Shown here: positions 54,673-64,000 of the stretch, in pieces | Position numbering within the stretch: the first letter of the stretch is position 1 | Layout: each line of letters begins with the position of its first letter | Origin: Oscillospiraceae bacterium | Lineage (GTDB): Bacteria > Bacillota > Clostridia > Christensenellales > Aristaeellaceae | Assembly: GCA_031269355.1 (NCBI GenBank) | Contig: JAISZG010000027.1 | Coordinates: forward strand, 566-64,565 | Direction of reading: 5' to 3' | DNA length: 64,000 bases | Position numbers and translations under genes: made by a program | Notes under the pieces: generated by a model | Database searches by the model: none | The model's input: the letters and a program-made list of their open reading frames with translations, nothing else | Told to the model about the DNA's origin: nothing

Positions 54673-56601
54673 TCATAAGGCTGCGTTTCGCGCCAGCTCG
54701 CAAGCCGTTTGCGCAGACCAGGCCGGGAACTGGGCTATGCGCAGGCGCGTTTGCGCGTATGGCGTCAGCGTTCGCTCGCATATGGAATCCGCCAGGATTT
54801 CCGGATCGCGGGGCGGCGCTGCTGCCGCTTTATGTTTCACTCCCCACCCGGGCGCTTGAGCGGTTGAACAGCGCACCAGCGGCGGTTCGCCGGTTCGAAG
54901 CGCGGGAACCTTTTCCAGCTCAGCATCTGCGGCAAGCGCTACCTTCCATTCGGAACAAGCGGAGTACGCGAACGCTTCCTCGCCCGCCGCCGCTGAAACC
55001 GCCGTTTCACGCGCCTCTATCGGAAGCGCGTACAGCGTCGGGCCGATCGCTACGGATAGATTCGCCGGGCTTACCTCGACGAGTTCAGGCCGCATAGGCA
55101 GCGTCAGGCGAATACAGTCGCCGCTGCGGAATACGCGCTCGACGCGCACGAACGTTCCCGGAGAGCATTCAAGCGTTTGACCGTCCGGCAGCGTCGCGAA
55201 AGCGCCGTTAGCCCAGGCGGGTATGCGCAGATAAATCGGCAGCTTTACCGGATCTTTGCACGATATGCGAATGCGAACCGTTTCCTCATACGGATACGCC
55301 GTTTCGACATCCAGGCGTATAAGCCGCCCGTCGACGCGATGCCTCACCACGCAGGGCGCCGCGCCCATCATCGCCAATCCCGCGTCCTCCGCGCGCATCC
55401 ATAGCGATACGACGTACTCCGGCAGCGCGCCGAAAAGCCTCGAAGCGACGGGATCGGTCGGCGGTCGGCGTATATATAATCCGGCGTCGTCGCTCAGGCT
55501 GTAATGCGCGCGCGCAACCGCCGAGCACTCTATCTGGTTCACGCGTTGCGCTTCCTGAACGGAGCGCGCGTCCGGCGATATGGCTGCGGGAATCAGGTTG
55601 AACGCCAACCTTTCAAGTATATCCGCATATCTCGCGATCCAACCGACATCGTCCGTCGCCCATAGCGCAGTGATAAGCGCGCGCATCGTCTCGCAGACGG
55701 CGGCGCTAGATATCCCCTTCGACGGATCGCGCCCTTCCAGATATTCGTCGCATGTGAACATATCCGCCGCGACGCCATGATTCTTTATCAGTTTCTCAAA
55801 CCCTATCGAAAACGCCTGTTCGTCCTTCAGGCCTCCGGTGAACATGCTCTTCACCGCGCACGCGCGCAGACCCATAGCCGCCATATCGCCGCGAGCCGCG
55901 AGCGAGAGATGCGTATGGAACGGGAGAACCGCGCCGATCATCTGAGCTCGTTCCTCGCGCGCAATGCGGGCGAGCTGTTCCGAGGGTATCGATCGGTTCA
56001 TCGGCTGAATCTGGGGAAAGCGGTGATACCAGCCCGTCCAGTCCAAACCGATACGCGACCACTTCTGCGCCAGCTTCAGCAATTGAGCGCGGCCGGTATG
56101 ATTATACGCGTTCAGCGCGATATACGCGAACTCACCCCAAACCGCCAGCGATTCCGGATCGCCGGGCGCAGATTTCACCAGCGCGCCAAGCTGATCCGCG
56201 CAGTGGCGAAGCGCATATTGGATAGCGCGCGCGTCGCCGGTCGCTTCAAAATAATGGAGCGCGGCGCGCGGCGCGACGTACGATTCCGGCGCGATGGAGA
56301 CAATCGAGCGATTCCCGCCGCCAGCCTCGTCCAAATCGAACAAACGGGCGAACGCTCGATCGGTATGCCGAAGCAGCGATGCGTCGCCCGTGACGCGAGA
56401 TACGTACAGCAGCGCTTCCATCGCGCGCGGCAGGGACGATTCATCCCGCGCGGAGTTCTGCTCAAGCGTCTCCAGCCATCGTTCGTTCTGCGCGCTGAGT
56501 TTATCGCCAAGCCAGCCCGACGCGCGTACTGCACCGATCGGAAGCGGCGTAAAGCGGTTTGCTCGAAGCGGCGAGCGATTCCAGGAGGATTGGACGGGCA
56601 T
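54673..56601 (-). CDS. Glycoside hydrolase, DUF1680/GH127-like (beta-L-arabinofuranosidase family)
   Basis: About 640 aa. The N-terminal pattern and a CET-containing segment are reminiscent of GH127. Assigned from memory; start set at the ATG at 56601. Confidence 0.5.
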   Translation of the reverse strand: MPVQSSWNRSPLRANRFTPLPIGAVRASGWLGDKLSAQNERWLETLEQNSARDESSLPRAMEALLYVSRVTGDASLLRHTDRAFARLFDLDEAGGGNRSIVSIAPESYVAPRAALHYFEATGDARAIQYALRHCADQLGALVKSAPGDPESLAVWGEFAYIALNAYNHTGRAQLLKLAQKWSRIGLDWTGWYHRFPQIQPMNRSIPSEQLARIAREERAQMIGAVLPFHTHLSLAARGDMAAMGLRACAVKSMFTGGLKDEQAFSIGFEKLIKNHGVAADMFTCDEYLEGRDPSKGISSAAVCETMRALITALWATDDVGWIARYADILERLAFNLIPAAISPDARSVQEAQRVNQIECSAVARAHYSLSDDAGLYIRRPPTDPVASRLFGALPEYVVSLWMRAEDAGLAMMGAAPCVVRHRVDGRLIRLDVETAYPYEETVRIRISCKDPVKLPIYLRIPAWANGAFATLPDGQTLECSPGTFVRVERVFRSGDCIRLTLPMRPELVEVSPANLSVAIGPTLYALPIEARETAVSAAAGEEAFAYSACSEWKVALAADAELEKVPALRTGEPPLVRCSTAQAPGWGVKHKAAAAPPRDPEILADSICERTLTPYAQTRLRIAQFPAWSAQTACELARNAAL

Positions 56602-56761
56602 ACGGTTCCTTCTTCCGTTCTTCAATGAATACAATTTGGATACAATTTCTACATAATTATATCGCAAACCCAGCCGTACGTAAAGTGCGATAAAAAACAT
56701 TTCGCCATATAAAGTGTATATCTCGACATTTATACGATCACCAACAACTGACGCATTGCCG

Positions 56762-57070
56762 TCAATCCAAGCCGAACATAGCGATTGTCGGTTGATTATC
56801 TTCCAGCCAATATACCGAACAGTTTGGCTCTCTACTTAAAAATCCCCTGTCATACATGTCACGCCTTAGCATTGCCCAATCCTCAAACGTGTGCCAGTTT
56901 TGTAAGATTTGATTAATTTCTTTTTCAGAATATTTCTTTCCAGATTCAAACTTCGACGCAAGATAAAAAAGAGCGATGATTTTCAGCTTTAATTTTGAAG
57001 GATAGCTTATTAGCCGTCCCTCGTTATCAAGGAAGTTTTTCAGTTCTTTTTCAAATAATTGATTATCCAT
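56762..57070 (-). CDS. DUF2087-like small protein
   Basis: LKIIALFYLASKFESGKKYSEKEINQILQNWHTFEDWAMLRRDMYDRGFL matches my recollection of DUF2087. AT-rich islet. Confidence 0.6.
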   Translation of the reverse strand: MDNQLFEKELKNFLDNEGRLISYPSKLKLKIIALFYLASKFESGKKYSEKEINQILQNWHTFEDWAMLRRDMYDRGFLSREPNCSVYWLEDNQPTIAMFGLD

Positions 57071-57121
57071 TGTAACCACCAACTTTAATAACAAGCTGTC
57101 AGCAATCTATCGATCAGAATT

Positions 57122-57727
57122 TTATCGATTGGAACAAACAATCACCCAGTAGCCGCTTTCGCGCGAGACGCGTTCCACGCTTGCGAACCTCTCGCCAAGC
57201 CAGCGCATGGCGGACTCAGCGCCCTGCTGCTTGCGCCATACGAGAACCAGCGCGCCGCGCTCCGTCAAACGCGCGCGCGCCTCCTCAATCAACCGATAAA
57301 CGGTTTGCTTGCCCGCGCGGATAGGCGGGTTCATCACTATCCAATCAAACTCGCCCGGCACGTCGGCCAGTCCGTCGGATACGTACGCCTCCGCGTCGAT
57401 CCCGTTGCGCGCGAGATTGGCGCGCGTTAGCTCTACCGCGCGCGGGTTTACGTCGCCGCATACGACCGACAGCCCGGGATATCGCGCCGCCAGCGCCGCG
57501 CCAACCGCTCCCCACCCGCAACCGAGATCGAGCAGCCGCCCGGACATCGATCGCCCCTCGAGTGCGTCCAGCAGTACGCGCGTTCCCTTATCAAGCTCCG
57601 TGCGCGAGAATACGCCGGAATCCGTTTCAAACGCAAGCTCCCGCGTACCCGACCGAATTACGACAGTATGCGGCTTATGCTGGGTTTGCGCGCCGCCGGT
57701 AAAGTAATGGGAAAATTGATCCCGCAT
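57122..57727 (-). CDS. Class I SAM-dependent methyltransferase (RsmC/RlmG-like small MTase domain)
   Basis: Motif I LLDLGCGWGAVG and motif IV VMNPPIRAG. Confidence 0.8.
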   Translation of the reverse strand: MRDQFSHYFTGGAQTQHKPHTVVIRSGTRELAFETDSGVFSRTELDKGTRVLLDALEGRSMSGRLLDLGCGWGAVGAALAARYPGLSVVCGDVNPRAVELTRANLARNGIDAEAYVSDGLADVPGEFDWIVMNPPIRAGKQTVYRLIEEARARLTERGALVLVWRKQQGAESAMRWLGERFASVERVSRESGYWVIVCSNR

Positions 57728-57758
57728 CAATAGCGTATTCCTTAATAGTTTTTATTAT

Positions 57759-58493
57759 TTATAATGAGATGCCGACCGCCGAGCGCAGCGCGGCTTCCTC
57801 GTCAGCCGTTAGCGCCCGGCATGCGCCCGGCTCCAAAAGCGGATCGATCGTTATGGGGCCGATAGATAGCCGACGCAGCGCGCAAACCTCGCGCCCTCGC
57901 GCCGCGAACATCCGCTTTACCTGATGGTATTTTCCTTCTTGGATTATAACATACGCTGCGTCCGCGCGTTCGGGATCGCGCTTAAGCAGCGCGGGCAGAG
58001 CTTGAAAATCGCGAAGCCGCATGCCTGCGGCGAACGACTCGACGTCCGCGTCGGCAATCGGCGCGTCAAGAATAGCGTGGTACCGCTTATCCAAATGACG
58101 TTTTGGATGCAGTATGCGGTGCGCGAACGTGCCGTCATCCGTAAATAGCAGCAGGCCCGTCGTATCCATATCGAGCCGTCCGACAGGCATTAAGCCGCGA
58201 GCGCGCCAGGCGTCCGGCAGAAGGTCGGCCACGGTTTTACGGGAAGCGTCCCGCGCGGCGGTGAGAACGCCCGCAGGCTTGTTCATCATGACGGCGGGCG
58301 CGGGCGCGAGCGAAAGCGTCCGCCCGTCCAGCGTGACGAGTGCGGTTTCCGATTCGATATAAGCGGACGGCGCGCATTCGACCCTGCCGTCCACGCGCAC
58401 GCGCCCCTCGCGGATAGCCGAGCGCGCTTCGCTTCGCGTGCCAAGCCCTGCGATCCCCAAATTGGAAAGCAGCCGATCCAGGCGCGCGCGCAC
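57759..58493 (-). CDS. Pseudouridine synthase, RsuA-like, with S4 domain
   Basis: GRLDMDTTGLLLFTDDG and an S4-like N-terminus; GTG start. Confidence 0.85.
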   Translation of the reverse strand: MRARLDRLLSNLGIAGLGTRSEARSAIREGRVRVDGRVECAPSAYIESETALVTLDGRTLSLAPAPAVMMNKPAGVLTAARDASRKTVADLLPDAWRARGLMPVGRLDMDTTGLLLFTDDGTFAHRILHPKRHLDKRYHAILDAPIADADVESFAAGMRLRDFQALPALLKRDPERADAAYVIIQEGKYHQVKRMFAARGREVCALRRLSIGPITIDPLLEPGACRALTADEEAALRSAVGISL

Positions 58494-58496
58494 GAT

Positions 58497-59234
58497 TCAG
58501 CGAACCTCGCCCGTTATCGTCGGCTCGCCGCGCAGCGTCGTATAATAAGCGCACTCCGTCAGCATCTGATAGGGCAGAGTATATATTATAGCGAGGCCAA
58601 ACGTAACTGCGGTAAGCAGCGCCCATCCTATAAATGATATGTCGAGCGCGAAGAACAGCTCCAGCCGCCGGCCGCGCGTCGTATTAATGCTCCGCGCGAC
58701 CGCCTCGCCGCCGGATATTCTGGGATTCTCCGCGACGATATACGGCGTAAACAAATACGCGATAGATCGATTGAGCGACCACGCGAACACCGCGACGCTC
58801 AGTATCGCGCCTAACGAGCCGGGTATAGTCAGCTGCACGATCAGCAAAAGCAAGCCCCAGCCTTCAAGGCGCAGCTGCATCGGCAGCATCGCGCGCACTA
58901 TCCTGAAATATCCCGAATCAAAACAAGAAAACACGCCGAGCACGCGCGGCTTTTCCGATGTCTCCAGCGTATGCAAAAGCACCTGAGAAAGCGAAACGCG
59001 CATTGGCGCGATAAGCAATATATTCACGGCGAGACTGAGTAAGTGCACCCCCGTGATTGTGTCGACCGATCCGCTCTCGTTTTGAAACAGTATGCTGCTG
59101 CCGCGCGCGCCGGTAATAACAATGGTAAGCGACGGCAGCAAGCACGCGACGAACAGCCACCCCCAAATGCCGCGCATGCGAGCACGCACCTCCGCCTTGA
59201 TGCGCACCCGCCCAAGCGTGTCAATATTATACAT
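58497..59234 (-). CDS. DUF975-like polytopic membrane protein
   Basis: Six hydrophobic segments and ARSINTTRGRRLELFFALDISFIGWALL, typical of DUF975 by recollection; GGAGGA RBS. Confidence 0.65.
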   Translation of the reverse strand: MYNIDTLGRVRIKAEVRARMRGIWGWLFVACLLPSLTIVITGARGSSILFQNESGSVDTITGVHLLSLAVNILLIAPMRVSLSQVLLHTLETSEKPRVLGVFSCFDSGYFRIVRAMLPMQLRLEGWGLLLLIVQLTIPGSLGAILSVAVFAWSLNRSIAYLFTPYIVAENPRISGGEAVARSINTTRGRRLELFFALDISFIGWALLTAVTFGLAIIYTLPYQMLTECAYYTTLRGEPTITGEVR

Positions 59235-59274
59235 AATTCCTCCAACGCGATTATCCTTTGTTTCCGGCTATGCC

Positions 59275-60747
59275 TTACCCGTTTTTATCATCGGCGGGCG
59301 CCGGGTGTTCATCCGAATTTTCTTTTTCATATTGGAACGGGGTTTCATCCTCAGCCTGCTCCGACGACACGGTAGGCAGGTCGGGCGCGGGCGGCTTTAG
59401 CTCAACGGAGGGGTTCCGCTGCCGCGAGCTTTGCGGAGGCTTCGCCATGCCTATTATATATAGCAGCGTCGGATGCCGGTCGCGGAAATCGCGCTTCATT
59501 TCAAGGTAGAACGCGTAGAAGCTCGCGTACGCGACGGGCGCGACATATACCAGCAGCAATTGGTTGAGCGCGGCGACCACGATAAAAAATCTGCGCAGCG
59601 ATTGGGATAGATATTCCGTAAAGCCAAACGTATTTCCGAGCGGCGTTACCAGCGGCAGCAATATTAGCGAGCCGATGGCGGGCAGGAAATAATAGAGGAA
59701 GCTCATCCACATGCCAAACAAGCGCGTCTTTCGCCCGCGCATCAGCCAGCGGCTCGCGCGCATCGCCCGGCGCGCCGTCAAATTTTTCTGCGTTGCGATA
59801 AGACATGGCGCGAGGCTGTACGCGAGCCAACGGTTGATAAGGCGCAGCCCCAGCGCGACGAACGCGACGACCGTCAGCGCGATCAGCGCGGGGAAGAGAA
59901 CCAGCAAATGAGGCGTCGCCTGCTCGGGATATCTGTTTATTAACGCGACGCCGCCAATATATATCGCGGGCGGCGCTGCGACGAACAGCGCGCCCCAAAT
60001 TGTAAGCCACAAGGAGTGGTACGCCATACCGCCCAGCGCGCGCTCGTACGATTTGACAAAGCAGCCATACGCGTCCAGCGGCGACGGTCTGCGCCCAAAA
60101 AGCAGCCGCGTGAAATAATCCGCGCGCGACACCCGCATAGGATTAAACGCGAGCAGCCCTGCGCCCATCAGCACGATCAGACCGGGCGCGCATTTAAGCA
60201 AAGCTTCCGGAGTTCCTGAAAAATCCGGCAGCGTACCGGAGGCGATCAGCGCGAGGGCGACGCGCACGTCTCCCATTTGTTCGGCGAAAATATCAAACGG
60301 CGTCTTTATCGCCTCATATATTTTCTGAAAAGGATTAAGAAAAACATACACGCCGCCATGAACCGCCGCGATAGGCAGCGCGCCCAGCAGCAGCGCGAGC
60401 AGCGGTCCGCCCCACGCGCGGTGGAGCAAATCGCGCACCCGCGCGCGAATATCTAAATTATCCGCGCGATAGATTTGGTCGAGCGGTATCGGCGCTGGCT
60501 CTGACGCCTCCGCGTCGGCCTGCCTTCGGCGTAGCAGAAAAAACAGAGCGCCCAAGCCCAGCGCAACGGCGCCGCCCGCGATTGTAAGCGTCAGCCAATA
60601 TGGCTCAAGTACCAGCGCGTTTTCGAGAAATCCCAGCCAGGCCGCAGCGCCGACGATCGTATATATAGGCAAAAACCGCACGGCAAGTCCCAATAGCGCG
60701 GCGATCAAGCCCAGCGACGCGCCGACGCCCGCAAGCGCCTTTTTCAT
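59275..60747 (-). CDS. Large polytopic membrane protein; C-terminal half is DUF975-like, with an acidic disordered tail
   Basis: 490 aa. AMRASRWLMRGRKTRLFGMWMSFLYYFL parallels the downstream DUF975-like protein. Confidence 0.7.
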   Translation of the reverse strand: MKKALAGVGASLGLIAALLGLAVRFLPIYTIVGAAAWLGFLENALVLEPYWLTLTIAGGAVALGLGALFFLLRRRQADAEASEPAPIPLDQIYRADNLDIRARVRDLLHRAWGGPLLALLLGALPIAAVHGGVYVFLNPFQKIYEAIKTPFDIFAEQMGDVRVALALIASGTLPDFSGTPEALLKCAPGLIVLMGAGLLAFNPMRVSRADYFTRLLFGRRPSPLDAYGCFVKSYERALGGMAYHSLWLTIWGALFVAAPPAIYIGGVALINRYPEQATPHLLVLFPALIALTVVAFVALGLRLINRWLAYSLAPCLIATQKNLTARRAMRASRWLMRGRKTRLFGMWMSFLYYFLPAIGSLILLPLVTPLGNTFGFTEYLSQSLRRFFIVVAALNQLLLVYVAPVAYASFYAFYLEMKRDFRDRHPTLLYIIGMAKPPQSSRQRNPSVELKPPAPDLPTVSSEQAEDETPFQYEKENSDEHPAPADDKNG

Positions 60748-60764
60748 TATGCTTCATCCTTCCG

Positions 60765-60845
60765 ATAAACGGGACGCCAGCCCCGACGCCCCAACGCAGG
60801 GGCGGCATTCTGCCGTCCGGAGCCGCACCCCGCACCCGCCTGCTG
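60765..60845 (-). repeat. Copy E (variant) of the recurrent GC-rich element in the leader of the 490-aa membrane-protein gene
   Basis: Minus-sense GGCGGGTGCGGGGTGCGGCTCCGGACGGCAGAATGCCGCCCCTGCGTTGGGGCGTCGGGGCTGGCGTCCCG, then GGAAGGA and ATG. Confidence 0.5.
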
Positions 60846-60879
60846 CGAGCTGCCGATTTATAATCATACGTTTATTTAT

Positions 60880-60908
60880 ATTATAAGCGATGCGCCCTTC
60901 ATGCGCAA
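60880..60908 (-). promoter_or_regulatory. Sigma-A-type promoter defining an about 125-nt leader
   Basis: Minus-sense TTGCGC (60908-60903), 17-nt spacer, TATAAT (60885-60880). Confidence 0.6.
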
Positions 60909-61089
60909 GGCGAATGGATAGGGAAGTTTTACCGCCGCATCTCGACGGCGTTACGGGTTCCGCCGCAGGAAATCTGATATGCGCGGCGGCGTGATCCCAC
61001 CGAAGGCATAGCTGGCTGCGAATATCCGCCACGAGACCGCCGGACATTTCGCGATATGTAATATGAATCCTTGAATTGTATCGCTTTCC

Positions 61090-62079
61090 TTATTTCGCTC
61101 TTGCTACTTGATCGTTATATTTTTGTTTCAATGATTCATACGGATTCACATTGCGCCTCACCGCGTCTTCATATTCGCGAATCCATAGGTCGGTTAATTT
61201 CAGTTGGTTCAGCTCATCCAATAGCATATACAACTTGACCTCTTCCCTTTTTTCGGTTAGGTTGTTTTTGTAGAAAGCGATGCCCTTGTCATACTCATAC
61301 AGCGCGCATTGCAAGCTGAAGTACAGCTCCACCGCGTGATTGCGCCGCTGCTTTTCCAGGTAGCTTTCATCTGCATCGTACCGATTTTTCTTTGGGTCGG
61401 GCGGCTTGGGCTTTGTTCTCGCCAAAAAGTCGACGCACTCCTCGGCCGCCATCTCCTTCAGCATAGGCGTTTTGAGATATTTCACAAAATCATGGCGCAT
61501 ATAACTTGTCAGAGTATCGCGATCCACCCGTGGATCAATAGTCAGTTCGACCGCTGTTTTCATTGCAGCTGGAGTCGCGCCGGAATAGAACAATTTAGAT
61601 ACTACTACCATAAATAAATCGCGCTGTTGATATCCTACCGCAGAGAATGGCGCCTCTGTGTTGAATACATACCTATGGCACGCTTCGCACAATATGGTGT
61701 ACAGTGTCGCCATAAACTGCGCCGCAGCAGGCGCGTCCTCGCCCTTGACTTCGAGCAGCTTTTTTAGTAAATCCCTGACCACAAACCGCCATTTGGATCG
61801 CTGCGCCTTGGATATGAAACGATTGGGCTCACTGTAGTATCCACTATGTACATATTCAACAAATAACTCAATATGACTTTTAAGCGACGCAAAGTCTACC
61901 GCTATGGCCTTCTTCACTGCTTTTTCTTCTTTTGAAAGCGCATAATCCAAAATCATAGCGTCTATCTGATCATCATCCCTGCGCTGCTTTGGCACGCGTC
62001 GATATAGCTGCGCGGCAATTTCGATGATGGTTTCTTGGTCATAGTCGCGCAGGCGACTGCGCACTTCGGCGACTGTCAT
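61090..62079 (-). CDS. Hypothetical 329-aa helical protein
   Basis: Clean ORF, AT-richer than its surroundings, with an AGGAAGG RBS. No motif recognised with confidence. Confidence 0.65.
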   Translation of the reverse strand: MTVAEVRSRLRDYDQETIIEIAAQLYRRVPKQRRDDDQIDAMILDYALSKEEKAVKKAIAVDFASLKSHIELFVEYVHSGYYSEPNRFISKAQRSKWRFVVRDLLKKLLEVKGEDAPAAAQFMATLYTILCEACHRYVFNTEAPFSAVGYQQRDLFMVVVSKLFYSGATPAAMKTAVELTIDPRVDRDTLTSYMRHDFVKYLKTPMLKEMAAEECVDFLARTKPKPPDPKKNRYDADESYLEKQRRNHAVELYFSLQCALYEYDKGIAFYKNNLTEKREEVKLYMLLDELNQLKLTDLWIREYEDAVRRNVNPYESLKQKYNDQVARAK

Positions 62080-62103
62080 AACTTGTCCGTTCCGCCTTCC
62101 TAT

Positions 62104-62145
62104 AAATTCATATCAATTAAATTCATATCAATTGTAATATCAATT
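62104..62145. repeat. 15-bp tandem direct repeat x2 plus a 12-bp partial copy, immediately upstream of the 329-aa gene
   Basis: aaattcatatcaatt (62104-62118), aaattcatatcaatt (62119-62133), gtaatatcaatt (62134-62145). Confidence 0.9.
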
Positions 62146-62237
62146 GCCGAAACGAATGAAAACCGGCGCGCCCTCCAGCAAGTAATTCCTCCATAAGCAA
62201 ACTCGCCAAAGCCGGAAAGCGCGCTGGTTCTCGACGC

Positions 62238-63731
62238 TTATACGCTATAGATCGCTCCAAACTTTTCGTTCAGATATTTAGTATAGTATACCGGATTGAA
62301 TCGCTCGCCCGTCGCCTTAAGCAGCACTTCCTCGGGCAGGAACAGACCGCCGTGCGCATGTACGTTCTCCTTCAACCACCCGTGCACCTTTGAAAAATTG
62401 CCTTTAGCAATATCACCTTTCCAATCGACCGACTTGGATAACGCGTTCAGCAGCTGCGCCGCATACGCCGTGCCCAGCGCGTACGTCGGGAAATAACCGA
62501 CCGCCCCGCCGCTCCAGTGCGTATCCTGAAGCACGCCCTCCGAATGCTTCTTCGGACTAATGCCGAGATATTCCTTATATAGCGCGTTCCACAATTCAGG
62601 CAGCTCGTTCGTATTGACTTCGCCTTGCAGTATCTTCTTCTCGATTTCGTATCGCACCATGATATGCAAGCAGTATGTCAGCTCATCGGCTTCCGTGCGG
62701 ATTAGCGACGGATCGGCGATATTTACGGCGGAGTATAGTTCGTCTGCGCTCCAGTCCTGGAAATAGGGGAATCGCACTTTCAGCAATCTCAACAGAACAC
62801 CAGTGAATGCGCGGCTCCTGCCGATGATGTTCTCATAGAAGCGCGACTGGCTCTCATGCATGCCCATAGACATGCTGTCGCTCAATCCGTATGGATATAA
62901 ATCCTTGCGCACGCCCTGGTTGTATATAGCATGTCCGCATTCATGTATTGTTGAATATAAGCCCGATAGCAGATCGCCATTATAGGCGATCGCTATGCGT
63001 ATATCATCCGGATTGATCATCATGCTATATGGATGAACTGTTTCGCCGACACGTCCGCGCGAACTGTCGAATCCTACCATATCAGCCAATCTGTATGTAA
63101 GAATTCTCTGCTGTCCGGGCAAGAAACGCTCCTTGACTTTTCTTGGTTTTGCATCGCTATGCGCTATCTTGCGCAGCAGCGGAACTATTGTGCCGCGCAG
63201 CTCGCCGAAGAACCCATCGAGAGTACGCACCGTAAGACCGATCTCATACTCATCCAGCAAAGCGTCATATGGATGATCCTTATATCCGCGCCAGTCCGCC
63301 ACGCGCCTGACGAAGTCGAATATCCTAGCGAAATACGACTCCACAGACGCGTAGTCGCTCTTATCTTTGGCGGCGCGCCACGCATTATCAGCCTCTGTGG
63401 TCAGCGCGGAAAATTTCTCCAACTCCGCTTTAGGAATTGCACTGTTCAAACGATACGCGCGCGCGAAGTCGCGAGCCATAGCCGCTTCCTCCGACGTCAG
63501 CGAAGCGTCGCCTTCGAGCGTCTCGAATGCGGCGCGGGTATCGTCAGCAACAATACGCTTATATTGCTCGCCTGAAGAAAAAGCGATAGACGCGCTTCGA
63601 TACCCGAACGACGTTTTTGGCGCGCCGCCGTCTGTTGTGCTATCCCAGTGAAAAACATTGCTCAGCTGCCCGATAGCCTGTGTCTCCGCAATCTTGCCTT
63701 TGAGTATGTTCAGCGCTTCCTGTTTGGTCAT
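62238..63731 (-). CDS. M32-family metallocarboxypeptidase (Taq-type)
   Basis: HECGHAIY (HExxH), HESQSRFYEN, IRTEADE and LQDTHW motifs; 497 aa. Confidence 0.92.
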   Translation of the reverse strand: MTKQEALNILKGKIAETQAIGQLSNVFHWDSTTDGGAPKTSFGYRSASIAFSSGEQYKRIVADDTRAAFETLEGDASLTSEEAAMARDFARAYRLNSAIPKAELEKFSALTTEADNAWRAAKDKSDYASVESYFARIFDFVRRVADWRGYKDHPYDALLDEYEIGLTVRTLDGFFGELRGTIVPLLRKIAHSDAKPRKVKERFLPGQQRILTYRLADMVGFDSSRGRVGETVHPYSMMINPDDIRIAIAYNGDLLSGLYSTIHECGHAIYNQGVRKDLYPYGLSDSMSMGMHESQSRFYENIIGRSRAFTGVLLRLLKVRFPYFQDWSADELYSAVNIADPSLIRTEADELTYCLHIMVRYEIEKKILQGEVNTNELPELWNALYKEYLGISPKKHSEGVLQDTHWSGGAVGYFPTYALGTAYAAQLLNALSKSVDWKGDIAKGNFSKVHGWLKENVHAHGGLFLPEEVLLKATGERFNPVYYTKYLNEKFGAIYSV

Positions 63732-63749
63732 GGTCTGATCCTTCCTGCA

Positions 63750-63810
63750 GCGCGGAGTTCTGCCCCGCCGCCCCGAATTGAATGAACCTGCACCCCATAC
63801 CCGCTCCGTT
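63750..63810 (-). repeat. Copy C of the recurrent GC-rich element in the 5' leader of the M32 carboxypeptidase gene
   Basis: Minus-sense AGCGGGTATGGGGTGCAGGTTCATTCAATTCGGGGCGGCGGGGCAGAACTCCGCGC, then GCAGGAAGGA and ATG. Confidence 0.6.
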
Positions 63811-63915
63811 ATAGCGAGAGCGCCGCATTTATCACATTACCCTTTGCGGGTTCGCCAAACTTGCTTCCTTCCGTTCATTACGAGGAATCGTCAATACGCG
63901 GAGGATTTTACGGCT

Positions 63916-63944
63916 ATTCTACCAATATCGTCGACGTTCGTCAA
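63916..63944 (-). promoter_or_regulatory. Sigma-A-type promoter defining an about 175-nt leader for the M32 gene
   Basis: Minus-sense TTGACG (63944-63939), 17-nt spacer, TGG-TAGAAT (63921-63916). Confidence 0.65.
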
Positions 63945-64000
63945 CGCGCGCATGATAGCTAACATTAATTTATAATGGTTGTATGTGTAGTGATGTGTGA

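Noticed and set aside
62104-62145. CRISPR-like or minisatellite array
   Set aside because: There are only 2.8 units of 15 bp with no spacers and no cas genes in the window. It is treated as an upstream tandem repeat.

Overview
Gene-dense, high-GC chromosomal segment (judged by eye, not computed) that resembles a spore-forming Clostridia-type Firmicute. I call about 60 protein genes. No rRNA, intact tRNA, CRISPR array, transposase, integrase or recognisable phage or defence module was seen. Content from left to right: a collagen-like BclA-type surface protein; cell-wall enzymes (L,D-transpeptidase, D-Ala-D-Ala carboxypeptidase); icd; an AraC/GntR-flanked LplABC-type sugar ABC transporter with an amidohydrolase; a small AT-richer accessory patch (orphan Cys-containing protein, RelB/DinJ-YafQ toxin-antitoxin pair, small membrane protein, unknown 325-aa protein); a type IIA topoisomerase B/A pair; a rhamnogalacturonan-type utilisation locus (second LplBCA transporter, GH105/88 hydrolase, SGNH acetylesterase, LacI); a muropeptide-recycling locus (murQ, anmK, Opp-like transporter); housekeeping genes (ychF, mnmE, nitroreductase, mnmG, DUF218, tadA, polA, ParB-like); and a right-hand block (LMW phosphatase, degenerate GuaA paralog, GH127-like, DUF2087, methyltransferase, pseudouridine synthase, two DUF975-like membrane proteins, unknown 329-aa protein, M32 carboxypeptidase). 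The signals I think most deserve follow-up are not classical gene systems. (1) A GC-rich element with a conserved box (about GGCGGGTATGGGGYGCGGC) plus a GC hairpin occurs at least 7 times. It is always in the sense orientation of the local gene and mostly lies in long 5' leaders just before the ribosome-binding site. (2) A 203-nt long-stem element at 44478-44680 has strand-specific G-U wobbles and could be a 6S-like ncRNA or a MITE. (3) A GuaA paralog has lost its glutaminase triad and XMP-site motifs and is translationally coupled to an LMW phosphatase. (4) An orphan protein fuses a Phd/YefM-like N-terminus to a histone-H1-like Lys/Pro/Ala tail. All homology calls come from motif recognition by eye and from memory; no database search was run.
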